Assembly: GCA_046754105.1 (NCBI GenBank)
Contig: JBHHVD010000033.1
Span: 1 to 31,428 of the forward strand
Origin: Candidatus Krumholzibacteriia bacterium
GTDB lineage: Bacteria > Krumholzibacteriota > Krumholzibacteriia > WVZY01
DNA length: 31,428 nt
Direction: 5' to 3'
Both the position numbers and the translations under genes were made by a program. Positions 18,955 to 27,516 of this stretch are shown here, one piece after another (the first letter of the stretch is position 1; each line of letters starts with the position of its first letter). Below the pieces are notes generated by a model. It had not been told where the DNA came from, searched no databases, and saw only the letters and a list, made by a program, of their open reading frames with translations.

Positions 18955-19641
18955 ATGCTGAATCGATTATTCAACACGACGGGCCTTGTGCGTGGCGCCC
19001 TCGTGGTGGGCACCGCCGCGTGTCTCAGCGGCGCATGGGGGTGCAGCGCGAGCCGCACCAAGAAAGGCGCCGGCATCGGGGCCGCCGCCGGCGCGGCCAT
19101 CGGGGCGATCGTGAGCGACGACAAAGCCAAGGGCGCGGTGATCGGAGGGGCGGCGGGCGCGGTCGGCGGCGGTGTCGTCGGACACTATATGGACAAGCAG
19201 GCGGAAGAGCTGGCGCGGATAGAGGGCGCGAAGACCGAGCGCATCGGCGACGAGATCCGGGTCACATTCGAGAGTGCCATCCTCTTCGACTTTGATTCCG
19301 CCATGCTGAAGGCCGGGTCGCAGACCCAGATCGAGCAGATGGCCGCAGTCCTCGTCAAGTACCCGGATACCGACTTGATCATATCCGGTCATACGGACGC
19401 CGAGGGCGACGAGAGCTACAACCAGAAGCTCTCGGAGCGCAGGGCGCTGTCGGTGCGAAACTATTTCGTGGACAGCGGGGTGGTGCCGTCCCGGCTCGAG
19501 ACCATCGGCTACGGTGAGCTCCGGCCGGTGGCGTCGAACGCCGACGATCAGGGACGCGCCGAGAACCGCCGCGTGGAAATCGAGATCCGCGCCAACGACG
19601 ACCTCCGCGAGCGCGCCGCGCGCTCAGAGCGCGACGGCTGA
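18955..19641 (+). CDS. OmpA family lipoprotein with glycine zipper (YiaD-like)
   Basis: GGAGG 8 nt before ATG 18955; AWGC lipobox-like; Gly/Ala zipper; ILFDFDS, GHTD, NQKLSERRA, GYGE, NRRVEI. Confidence 0.93.
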   Translation: MLNRLFNTTGLVRGALVVGTAACLSGAWGCSASRTKKGAGIGAAAGAAIGAIVSDDKAKGAVIGGAAGAVGGGVVGHYMDKQAEELARIEGAKTERIGDEIRVTFESAILFDFDSAMLKAGSQTQIEQMAAVLVKYPDTDLIISGHTDAEGDESYNQKLSERRALSVRNYFVDSGVVPSRLETIGYGELRPVASNADDQGRAENRRVEIEIRANDDLRERAARSERDG

Positions 19642-19652
19642 TTCACGCCGGC

Positions 19653-21203
19653 CTAGACCTTCTCCGACACCAACTTCGCCTGGGTAAACAGCAGCAGGTA
19701 GTCGCGGCCGCCCGCCTTGCTGTCGGTTCCCGACATATTGAAGCCGCCGAAGGGATGCACGCCGACGAGCGCTCCGGTGCACTTGCGGTTGAAGTACAGG
19801 TTGCCGACATGGAATGACGCCCGAGCTTTCTCGATGTGCTCGCGGTTGGTCGAATACACCGACCCGGTCAGGCCGTACTCGGTATTGTTGGCGATCCCGA
19901 GCGCGTCGTCGTAGTCCTTGGCTTTGACGCACGCCAGCACTGGGCCGAAGATCTCCTCCAGCGATATCGTGGCCTCGGGGTCGACGTCGGTGAAGATGGT
20001 CGGGTGGATGAAATAGCCGTCGCCGGCCGCTCGCATACCACCGAGAACCAGTTCGCCCTCCGTCTTGCCCGTCTCGACGTAATCGAGGATTTTCTCGCAC
20101 GCCGCTTCGTTGATGACCGGCCCGACGCTGACGTCCTTCGACTCGCGGGGCGCACCCTGTTTCAGCTTCTTGCTCTGCGCGACCAGCTTCTTGACGAAGT
20201 CGTCGTACACGTCCGCCACCACGATCGCCCGCGAACAGGCCGAACATTTCTGCCCTTGAAAACCAAACGCCGAGGCCACCACACCCTTCACCGCCGAGTC
20301 GAGATCACATTCCTTGTCGACGACGATCGAGTCCTTGCCGCCCATCTCGAGGACGGCGCGCTTGATCCATATCTGACCCGGCCGCGGCGTCGCCGCCCCC
20401 TGGTTGATCCGCAGCCCCACCTCCTTTGAGCCGGTGAAGGCGATGAACCGAATCTCCGGATGCTGGACGATGTAATCGCCCACCTCGGCGCCGCTCCCCG
20501 GTACGTAGTTTACGACACCGGCGGGCAGGCCGACCTCTTCGAGTACCTCCATGAACTTCGCGGCGACTACGGGCGCGTCGCTCGACGGTTTGAGCAGCAC
20601 CGTGTTACCCGCCACCAAAGAGGCGGAGGTCATCCCCACCATGATGGCGAGGGGAAAATTCCAGGGAGGAATCACCGCGCCGACACCGAGCGGGATGTAG
20701 GCCAACTGGTTCTTTTCGCCATCCAGCGGGGTCAGCGGCTGCTCGCCGGCGAGACGGATCATTTCGCGGCCGTAGAACTCGAGAAAATCGATCGCTTCCG
20801 CCGTATCCCCGTCCGCCTCCGCCCAACTCTTTCCCACCTCGTAGACCATCCACGCGGAAAACTCGAACTTGCGTTCGCGGATCCGGGCCGCCGCCTGGAA
20901 CAAGTACTCGGCGCGCTTCACGGGCTCCACGTGCCGCCACGTGGCGAACGCCTCCGTCGCCGCCTTGATGGCACCCTCCGCCACCTCGCTCGACGCCTTC
21001 GAGACGGTTCCGATTACCCTCGACGGGCCCGACGGATCGACGGAGGTGATACGCTCCGTCGTCTTCACGCGCTTGCCGCCGATGACGAGATCGTATTCCT
21101 TGCCGAGTTCTCCGGCCACTCCGGCGAGCGCCTCCTCCATCACCGCCTGGTTGGCCGCATCGCCGAAATCCGTGAACGGCTCGTTCTTGAATTCAGATGG
21201 CAT
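19653..21203 (-). CDS. pruA: L-glutamate gamma-semialdehyde (P5C) dehydrogenase, RocA/PruA type
   Basis: FKNEPFTDF, PPWNFP, FTGS, EMGGKD, FGFQGQKCSACSR, EEIFGP, PFGGFNMSGTDSKAGG. Confidence 0.95.
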   Translation of the reverse strand: MPSEFKNEPFTDFGDAANQAVMEEALAGVAGELGKEYDLVIGGKRVKTTERITSVDPSGPSRVIGTVSKASSEVAEGAIKAATEAFATWRHVEPVKRAEYLFQAAARIRERKFEFSAWMVYEVGKSWAEADGDTAEAIDFLEFYGREMIRLAGEQPLTPLDGEKNQLAYIPLGVGAVIPPWNFPLAIMVGMTSASLVAGNTVLLKPSSDAPVVAAKFMEVLEEVGLPAGVVNYVPGSGAEVGDYIVQHPEIRFIAFTGSKEVGLRINQGAATPRPGQIWIKRAVLEMGGKDSIVVDKECDLDSAVKGVVASAFGFQGQKCSACSRAIVVADVYDDFVKKLVAQSKKLKQGAPRESKDVSVGPVINEAACEKILDYVETGKTEGELVLGGMRAAGDGYFIHPTIFTDVDPEATISLEEIFGPVLACVKAKDYDDALGIANNTEYGLTGSVYSTNREHIEKARASFHVGNLYFNRKCTGALVGVHPFGGFNMSGTDSKAGGRDYLLLFTQAKLVSEKV

Positions 21204-21312
21204 TTCTTTCTCCCGCGGTTTGGTCTTGCAGATTTTTCGCTTTAAAAAATTGCTGGATTGGGATTAAGTATTGAAGGGTCGCCGGGCACCGGTTTCAGCG
21301 CCTCTGGCGGCG

Positions 21313-21342
21313 ACTATACGGCATCACGACGTCTACTGTAAA
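21313..21342 (-). promoter_or_regulatory. Putative sigma70 promoter for pruA
   Basis: TTTACA (21342-21337), 18 nt spacer, TATAGT (21318-21313). Confidence 0.6.
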
Positions 21343-21379
21343 CCCCTATCTGGGCGCCCGGAGCGCACAGCCGCTATTG

Positions 21380-21799
21380 ATGAAAACACATTCGACCGAG
21401 CAGGCCGTTCGTTACGGCGAAACCGACCGCATGAGAGTCGTGCACCACTCCACGTACCTGGCGTGGTTCGAGGTCGGCCGCACCTCGCTGCTGGCGGCGG
21501 CCGGGCACCCCTACCACGAGCTCGAGGCATCGGGAACGTTGTTTCCCGTTATCGAGTACGGGTGCCGGCTGATCGGCGCGGCGGACTACGGTGATACGGT
21601 GCGCGTCGAGACCTCGATCGAGAGCCTGCGCAGCCGTACGGTGGTCTTCGCCTACCGCGCCTTTAACGGCGGGGAGCTGATCGCGACGGGAACCTCGAAA
21701 CACATCGCGGTGGATGCGAACCACAAACCGCGCCGCATGGACACCTCCCTGGTGGAAGCGCTGCGGGACTACGTCAAAAGCGACACTCGAAAACGCTGA
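21380..21799 (+). CDS. Acyl-CoA thioesterase, YbgC/FadM hot-dog family
   Basis: VRYGETDRMRVVHHSTYLAWFEVGR. Confidence 0.92.
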   Translation: MKTHSTEQAVRYGETDRMRVVHHSTYLAWFEVGRTSLLAAAGHPYHELEASGTLFPVIEYGCRLIGAADYGDTVRVETSIESLRSRTVVFAYRAFNGGELIATGTSKHIAVDANHKPRRMDTSLVEALRDYVKSDTRKR

Positions 21800-22046
21800 A
21801 CTCTTCCTCCGCGTCTTCCCATACTTCGCGAACGCGATCTACACGGGCATGTTCGGGCCCTTTTCTTATCCAATCGAGCGCGCGTTCGCACGCCCCGCGC
21901 TCGCCCTGGAACACCGCTTCCACCCTTCCGTCGGGCAGGTTCTTGACCCAACCGGTCAACGCAAGACCGGTTGCGACCCGCCGCGTGCTGTCCCGAAAGA
22001 ATACACCCTGCACGATGCCCTCGACCCACACGTGCAATCTGGCCAT
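21774..22046 (-). CDS. acyP: Acylphosphatase
   Basis: GIVQGVFFR, GWVKNLPDGRVE, GPEHARV; GAAAGGA RBS upstream. Confidence 0.95.
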   Translation of the reverse strand: MARLHVWVEGIVQGVFFRDSTRRVATGLALTGWVKNLPDGRVEAVFQGERGACERALDWIRKGPEHARVDRVREVWEDAEEEFSVFECRF

Positions 22047-22498
22047 GCCGCCGTCCTTTCGCCCGCCGGTCGCCCCCGCGTTCCAAGATCGAAGATCACG
22101 CGCGCGTGAAAGCCCTTCTCGTCGGGTTCCACAACCAGATTGTGGTACGTGGCCGCCTTGACGTCGAAGCGCAGCTGGTGGCGGCCGGGGTCCACCGCCT
22201 CGCCGCGGAGCACGCCCTCGACGGACCTCTCCTCCATGCGCCGGATGATGACGTCGCCGTACAGCTCACCACGGGTCCCGCTCTCGGCAATTACCTCGCA
22301 CAGCCAGTCGACGAGTAGTTCCTCTGGCCCGGACGCGGTCACCTCGAGCGCGCGTTCGACTACCGGCTCGACCACGCCCCGGTACATGAGCGAGAAAAGT
22401 CCGCGGGTCGCGTTTGCGAACAGCTCGTTTCGATCGCGGCCGCGCGCGCGCACGCCGACGTCACCGGAGTGGTCTATTTCTTCGAATGGCTCACGCAC
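21956..22498 (-). CDS. Archease (RtcB activator) with a 42-aa C-terminal extension
   Basis: EIDHSGDVG, ELLVDWL, VKAATYH, ARVIFDL; the homologous part ends at 22085. Confidence 0.9.
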   Translation of the reverse strand: MREPFEEIDHSGDVGVRARGRDRNELFANATRGLFSLMYRGVVEPVVERALEVTASGPEELLVDWLCEVIAESGTRGELYGDVIIRRMEERSVEGVLRGEAVDPGRHQLRFDVKAATYHNLVVEPDEKGFHARVIFDLGTRGRPAGERTAAWPDCTCGSRASCRVYSFGTARGGSQPVLR

Positions 22499-23399
22499 GG
22501 ATCTTCCGTTCTTTCTCCCACAAGTCCCGGAGGTTGCGCGGACGATACACGCCGCTCTCGAGTATGATGTAATCGATCAGCCCCGCCGGCACGTGTTCGA
22601 AGTACTCGTTTTGCACGCGGACCCCCGGCGGCGCGGATCTCCATACCTCCTGCGGTGCGTGGGTCTCACCGCCGGGCGTCTTGTCACTCATCTTGAAACG
22701 GTCACCGAGAATAATAACGGGGAGCGACCTCTCCCGGCAGGCGAGGGCGACGAGGTACGAGCCGCTCTTGTTTCGCACCGAGCCATCGGCGAAGATCGCG
22801 TCGCTGCCGAGGAGTGCGCAGTCACAGTCGCCGGCCGCCGTCGCGATTTGCGCTTCGGTGACCACCGTCACGGAACGTCCGTGAGTAGCAAGTACCCTCG
22901 CCGTGCGCCGGCCTTCGAAGCGGGGCCGTGACTCGCAGACCGTAATACGACCCCGGCGCCTCGGGGTCGCTTCGATGGCCGCGATCACCTGCGAGCTGTA
23001 GCTGATGACCAGCGGGCGCCGCATCCGGTCGAAGCGCCCGGCGAACCGCTTCGCCACCGCCGGTGTCGTGCCGAGCAGTTCGTGCTCGATCGCGGCCGCA
23101 GCCGCGCACGCGATACGGCAGGCTGCTCGCGCGTCGTGCGCCCTTCCGCCGGCGATCCCATACAGGAACCTCTCGGTGACCGCCCGGATCGGCGCCATCG
23201 CGGGGCGCGCACGGCCGATACGCCTTGCCAGGGCACGGATATCGCGCCGGTAGTCGCCCGCCGGTGCATCGCGCAGCGGGCGGGCGCGAGAGAGCAGCCG
23301 CAGAGCGCGCAGGGCCAGTTCGCTCGCCCCCGACACGCGGTCGAGCGCTATGGCTTCGACGGCTCTGTCGATGTGATCCATCCTGGCAAGCGCACGCAT
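22491..23399 (-). CDS. eIF-2B alpha/beta/delta family protein (archaeal aIF-2B / R15P-isomerase-like)
   Basis: DRVSGASELA, RPAMAPI, ISYSSQV, ESRPRFEG, GSDAI...NKSGS, DRFK, VQNEYFEHVP...ILESG. Confidence 0.88.
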   Translation of the reverse strand: MRALARMDHIDRAVEAIALDRVSGASELALRALRLLSRARPLRDAPAGDYRRDIRALARRIGRARPAMAPIRAVTERFLYGIAGGRAHDARAACRIACAAAAAIEHELLGTTPAVAKRFAGRFDRMRRPLVISYSSQVIAAIEATPRRRGRITVCESRPRFEGRRTARVLATHGRSVTVVTEAQIATAAGDCDCALLGSDAIFADGSVRNKSGSYLVALACRERSLPVIILGDRFKMSDKTPGGETHAPQEVWRSAPPGVRVQNEYFEHVPAGLIDYIILESGVYRPRNLRDLWEKERKIRA

Positions 23400-23429
23400 G
23401 GACGCCCTCGACGGCGGCGCGGGTTTCCG

Positions 23430-25238
23430 CTAGGGCAACTCCGCACCCTTCTTCAATGCGTGAAGTCTCTCGTAGTAGCTGCGCGTAACCTCGTTCCTTC
23501 GCAGCATGCCGAGCAGTTCCCCAGGCCTGTCGGCCTCCACGACGGGCAGCGTATCCAAACCGCTTTCGGTAAACCGTCGCAGGACCCCGGCGAGATCGTC
23601 GCCGAGTGTTACCGACGGGATGTCGTCCGACGCGATTTCGCGCACGATGAGCACGTTGTCGAGATCCCTCTCGACGAGGATCTCCCGGACGTCGTTGATG
23701 GAGAAAATGCCCGTCACCTGGCCCGTCCGGTTGACGACGGGAAACACCTGCTGGTCGCTCGAGGTCATGATGGGGAGGAACTCGCGCAGCGACAGGTGTT
23801 CCGGTATCCGCTGAAACGTCTCGTCCGGCCGAAAGATGTCTCTTACGTAGATCTCCTCGAGGAGGTCCTTGACGTAATCGCCGTAGTGCGCGGGCGAATC
23901 GGCGCGCGTCGGCACCTGGTTTTGATAAATGCTCCACCGGCGGCCGATGATGAACGCAATGGCGCACACCCACATCGCGGGCACCAGAAGGCTGTAATTC
24001 CCCGTCATCTCGCTCACCATGATAATGGTGGAAATGGGCGCGTTCGAGGCCGCGGCAAAGAACCCCGCCATGCCGACGATCACGAAGGCACCCGGCGCGG
24101 TCACGATCCCCGGCATCCAGCCGTGAAACAGCTTGCCCACGACCCCGCCGAGCGAGCCGCCGATGACCATCGAGGGGCCGAACACGCCCGCGCTGCCCCC
24201 CGACCCGATCGAGAGCGAGGTCGTGACAATCTTCCCGATCGCCACCATGAAGAGCAGTCCGATCGCAAGGTTGTTGTCGAGTGCGCCCTGGATGACACCG
24301 TAGCCGAACCCGAGCGCTTCCGGCAGAAAGAAGCCCACGCCGCCCGCCAGCAAACCGCCGATGCAGGGTTTGATGTGGTTCGGGACCCGCAGGTTTACGA
24401 ACAACTTTCTCGTCCCGTAGAAAACCTTGATGTAGAGCGGTGCCGCCAGGGCCAGCACCAGGGCCAGCACCGTGTACGGCGCCAGCTCCAACGGGTGCGA
24501 AAACGCAAACGTGCTTTGCTTGAACAACGGGTCGAACCCGACGACCAGGCCGAAGGCGGAGTAGGCGACGATGGTCGTGACCGTCGCCGGTATAATGACT
24601 TCCGTCTCGAATTCCGGTTCCCGGTACAGAATCTCGGCGGCGAACAACGCTCCGGCCAGCGGCGCGCGAAAGATGCTACCGATGCCGGCACCCAGGCCGG
24701 CCGCGAGCAACACCCTTCGATCGCGTCCCGACAGGTTGAGCTTGTCGGCGAGGAAGGACCCGAACCCGCCGCCGATCTGGGCGATCGGCCCCTCCCGTCC
24801 CCCGGAGCCACCGGTGCCGAGGGTGATCGCCGAGGCAATGGCCTTGATGATGGGGACCCGGCCGCGGACCTTGCCCTGCTTGTTGTGAAATGCTTCGATG
24901 GTGGCGTCGGTGCCGTGGCCCTCGGCCTCGGGCGCGAAGGTGTAGACGATAAACCCGACGAGCAAACCACCCAGGGCGGGGATTAGGAGGAGGAGGTACC
25001 GGCGAAACGGGGTCGAGGTGGGGCCGAGCAGCGACGGCTCACCGGCAGGTTCCTCCGGCCGGTAACCGGCCAGGGAGTCTAGAAAATAGTGCTGAGCGAA
25101 CTGGGTGAGGTAATAAAAGAGAACGGCGGCGAGGCCCGCGACGACTCCTACCACGACACCGAAGACCATGTAGCGCCCGATCGAGCGCAGGTTGAAGATG
25201 GCGAGCAGCCGCAGGGTGAGCCGTTGAAGTTTTGTCAT
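23430..25238 (-). CDS. ClC family anion channel/transporter with a C-terminal CBS pair
   Basis: GHGTD, GGSGGREGP, FRAPLAG, GVFGP, EMTG, two CBS repeats. Confidence 0.93.
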   Translation of the reverse strand: MTKLQRLTLRLLAIFNLRSIGRYMVFGVVVGVVAGLAAVLFYYLTQFAQHYFLDSLAGYRPEEPAGEPSLLGPTSTPFRRYLLLLIPALGGLLVGFIVYTFAPEAEGHGTDATIEAFHNKQGKVRGRVPIIKAIASAITLGTGGSGGREGPIAQIGGGFGSFLADKLNLSGRDRRVLLAAGLGAGIGSIFRAPLAGALFAAEILYREPEFETEVIIPATVTTIVAYSAFGLVVGFDPLFKQSTFAFSHPLELAPYTVLALVLALAAPLYIKVFYGTRKLFVNLRVPNHIKPCIGGLLAGGVGFFLPEALGFGYGVIQGALDNNLAIGLLFMVAIGKIVTTSLSIGSGGSAGVFGPSMVIGGSLGGVVGKLFHGWMPGIVTAPGAFVIVGMAGFFAAASNAPISTIIMVSEMTGNYSLLVPAMWVCAIAFIIGRRWSIYQNQVPTRADSPAHYGDYVKDLLEEIYVRDIFRPDETFQRIPEHLSLREFLPIMTSSDQQVFPVVNRTGQVTGIFSINDVREILVERDLDNVLIVREIASDDIPSVTLGDDLAGVLRRFTESGLDTLPVVEADRPGELLGMLRRNEVTRSYYERLHALKKGAELP

Positions 25239-25274
25239 GGACCGTACCGCCGTTCGCCCGCCCCCGGGCCACCG

Positions 25275-26921
25275 TTACGCATCGTACCTCGCCGCGATCG
25301 GCACCCGCCGCCCGGCGCCGAACGCCTTCGACGTCACCTTGATGCCGGGGGGTGCCTGCTTGCGCTTGTATTCGTTCCTTCGCACCGCAAGGGCCACCCA
25401 TGCCACCGTGTCACGATCGAACCCGTCCTCTACGATGCGGTCGATCCCCAGGTGCCCGTCGATCAGGCGTTCCAGGATCCGGTCCAGGACCTCGTACGGC
25501 GGCAGCGTATCGGCATCTTTCTGGCCCGGCTTGAGTTCGGCCGACGGGGCCTTCTCGATCGTACTTGCCGGGATCACCGGTTTGCCGGCGTTAATGTGGT
25601 GTGCCAGCCTGTAGACCAGCGTCTTGGGCACGTCCGAGATGACGGCGAGTCCGCCGCTCATATCGCCGTAGAGCGTGCAGTAACCGACCGCCAGCTCACT
25701 CTTGTTGCCCGTCGACAGGGGAAGATACCCGAACTTGTTGGAGATTGCCATAATGATATTGCCGCGGATTCTGGCCTGGATGTTCTCTTCGGTCTTGTCC
25801 GACTCGCGTCCGGCGAAGACTTCGCGCAGGGCGCGATCGTAGACCTTCATCACATCGTCGATCGCAATCAGCTCTAGCCTGATACCGAGGTTATCAGCCA
25901 GTGCGCGGGCGTCATCGAGACTTCCCTTCGACGAATGAGGGGACGGCATCGCGACACCCAGCACGTTCTCCGGTCCCAGCGCCCGGCACGCCACGGCCGC
26001 GGTCACCGCCGAGTCGATCCCTCCAGAGAGCCCGATCAACGCCTTTTCGAAACCACATTTCGCAACGTAGTCGCGCGTGCCCAGCACGAGTGCTTTGAGC
26101 ACGGCGGTAACATCGTCCTCGTGGGCGTACGGCCCCTCGCGGCCACCCGCATCCGTATCGATGGTCCGCACCGATTCCTCGAAGGACGGCAAGACCTCGA
26201 CCGCGCTCCCGTCCGCTCCGACGAGCAGGCTGCGCCCGTCGAAGACGAGATCGTCGTTTCCCCCCACCTGGTTGACGAGCAGAAACGGGATGCCGTGTTT
26301 CATCGCGTGGTTGCGCATCAACTCGTAGCGGGTCTTCTCCTTGCCCATCGAAAAGGGCGAGGCGGAAATGTTGATGAGCAGGGTTGCACCCTTTTGGGCG
26401 AGCATTTCGATGGGATCGGTGGCGTAGGGACGCCGGTTCCACGGATCCGGTTCGCACCACAGGTCCTCGCAGATCGACAGACCGATGACCGCACCGCCGA
26501 ATTCGACGACGCCGTTGTCGCCGGCGGGCATGAAATGGCGCGCTTCGTCGAACACGTCGTAGGTCGGCAGCAGCATCTTCGGCTGCTCACACAGTACCTT
26601 GCCACCCCCGATCAGTAGCGCCGCGTTGTAGAGGGGCTTGCCGTGCGGCTGGCCCGTTGCCAGTGGACAGCCGAGGATGATACCCAGTTCCGGGTGCGCC
26701 TTGGAGGCGTCCACCACGACGTCGAGCCCCGCCCTGGCCTGCGCCACGAACGTCGGCCGTTCCAGCAGGTCCCGCGGCGGGTAGCCCGTCACGACCAGTT
26801 CCGGAAAGACCACGAGGTCCGCCCGCTCGCCGGCGGCGGTTTCCACCAGGGACAACAGCCGCGAGACGTTGTCGTTGATCGCGCCGACGACCGGGTTGAT
26901 CTGTGCGACGGTAATGCGCAT
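25275..26921 (-). CDS. nadE: Glutamine-dependent NAD+ synthetase
   Basis: Nitrilase-like domain (FPE, K-x-LLP, ICEDLW) plus synthetase domain (SGGIDS, NIQARIRG, TGNKSE, YCTLYGD, NEYKR). Confidence 0.96.
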   Translation of the reverse strand: MRITVAQINPVVGAINDNVSRLLSLVETAAGERADLVVFPELVVTGYPPRDLLERPTFVAQARAGLDVVVDASKAHPELGIILGCPLATGQPHGKPLYNAALLIGGGKVLCEQPKMLLPTYDVFDEARHFMPAGDNGVVEFGGAVIGLSICEDLWCEPDPWNRRPYATDPIEMLAQKGATLLINISASPFSMGKEKTRYELMRNHAMKHGIPFLLVNQVGGNDDLVFDGRSLLVGADGSAVEVLPSFEESVRTIDTDAGGREGPYAHEDDVTAVLKALVLGTRDYVAKCGFEKALIGLSGGIDSAVTAAVACRALGPENVLGVAMPSPHSSKGSLDDARALADNLGIRLELIAIDDVMKVYDRALREVFAGRESDKTEENIQARIRGNIIMAISNKFGYLPLSTGNKSELAVGYCTLYGDMSGGLAVISDVPKTLVYRLAHHINAGKPVIPASTIEKAPSAELKPGQKDADTLPPYEVLDRILERLIDGHLGIDRIVEDGFDRDTVAWVALAVRRNEYKRKQAPPGIKVTSKAFGAGRRVPIAARYDA

Positions 26922-26951
26922 ATCGGCTCCTTCAAACCTTCCTGATTCTTT

Positions 26952-26980
26952 AACTTACCACATTTCGCCAAAAATCAACA
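26952..26980 (-). promoter_or_regulatory. Putative extended -10 promoter for the nadE operon
   Basis: TGTGG-TAAGTT (-10 at 26957-26952); TTGATT/TGTTGA upstream; AAGGAG RBS before nadE. Confidence 0.5.
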
Positions 26981-27019
26981 CACACCCTTCGCGTCCCCCG
27001 CTCCCGTGGAGAGGAAACG

Positions 27020-27048
27020 TTGCCGAACCCGCCGATACCTGTTATATT
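27020..27048 (+). promoter_or_regulatory. Sigma70-type promoter for the lipoprotein gene
   Basis: TTGCCG (27020-27025), 17 nt spacer, TATATT (27043-27048) with TGn extension. Confidence 0.7.
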
Positions 27049-27104
27049 GGCCGGGCATCGCCCGCCCGTTTTCCCGAACCCTGTCCTCGTTAGAAGGAGG
27101 CTCC

Positions 27105-27509
27105 ATGCACCGACGCTCCCGCACGAGCTCGTTTGTCGCGATCCTGCTGCTTGCGCTCTTTTTTCCTGCGTGCGGAGAGGACAACCCGGCCGGACCGGTG
27201 AGCACCGGCAACGGTCAGCCGCCGAAGATCACCATGGTCACCTGGACGCAGGATCCGGGCTGTACGCCGTCGACCTCCAGCGGCGTCACAGTCGTGATAA
27301 CCGCAACCGATGCCGATACGGATGCGGGGAGTCTCGGTTACTCGGGGTCGGTCAGTAGTTGCGGGCTTATCACCGGCCAATCCACGGTCGTCACCTGCCC
27401 ACAGGTCGCCCTGTACCGGGGGACGGCGACGGTTCGCGACCCCGAGGGCAACTCGGATACGGTATCGTTCTCGTTCGGCCCCTGCCAGGACGGGCAATTC
27501 ACACCGTAG
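27105..27509 (+). CDS. Small lipoprotein with one Ig-like domain, function unknown
   Basis: AAGGAGG RBS; signal ending FFPAC; QPPKI...ATDAD...VRDPEGN Ig-type pattern; four further Cys. Confidence 0.75.
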   Translation: MHRRSRTSSFVAILLLALFFPACGEDNPAGPVSTGNGQPPKITMVTWTQDPGCTPSTSSGVTVVITATDADTDAGSLGYSGSVSSCGLITGQSTVVTCPQVALYRGTATVRDPEGNSDTVSFSFGPCQDGQFTP

Positions 27510-27516
27510 AGACCGT

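Noticed and set aside
19060..19180. Repetitive GCC/GGC tract as a DNA repeat or array
   Set aside because: Explained by the Gly/Ala zipper of the OmpA lipoprotein.
21278..21314. GC-rich nested hairpin upstream of pruA as a riboswitch
   Set aside because: The outer stem overlaps the predicted -10 box, so it would not be fully transcribed; I recognise no aptamer consensus.
23082..24986. 634-aa plus-strand ORF (and similar ORFs at 2650-4131, 8073-9233, 972-1949)
   Set aside because: Shadows of well-supported minus-strand genes.
23430..25238. Fluoride exporter CLC-F
   Set aside because: It has GREGP and GHGTD rather than GREGT and GNNLI-type motifs, and no fluoride riboswitch was seen.
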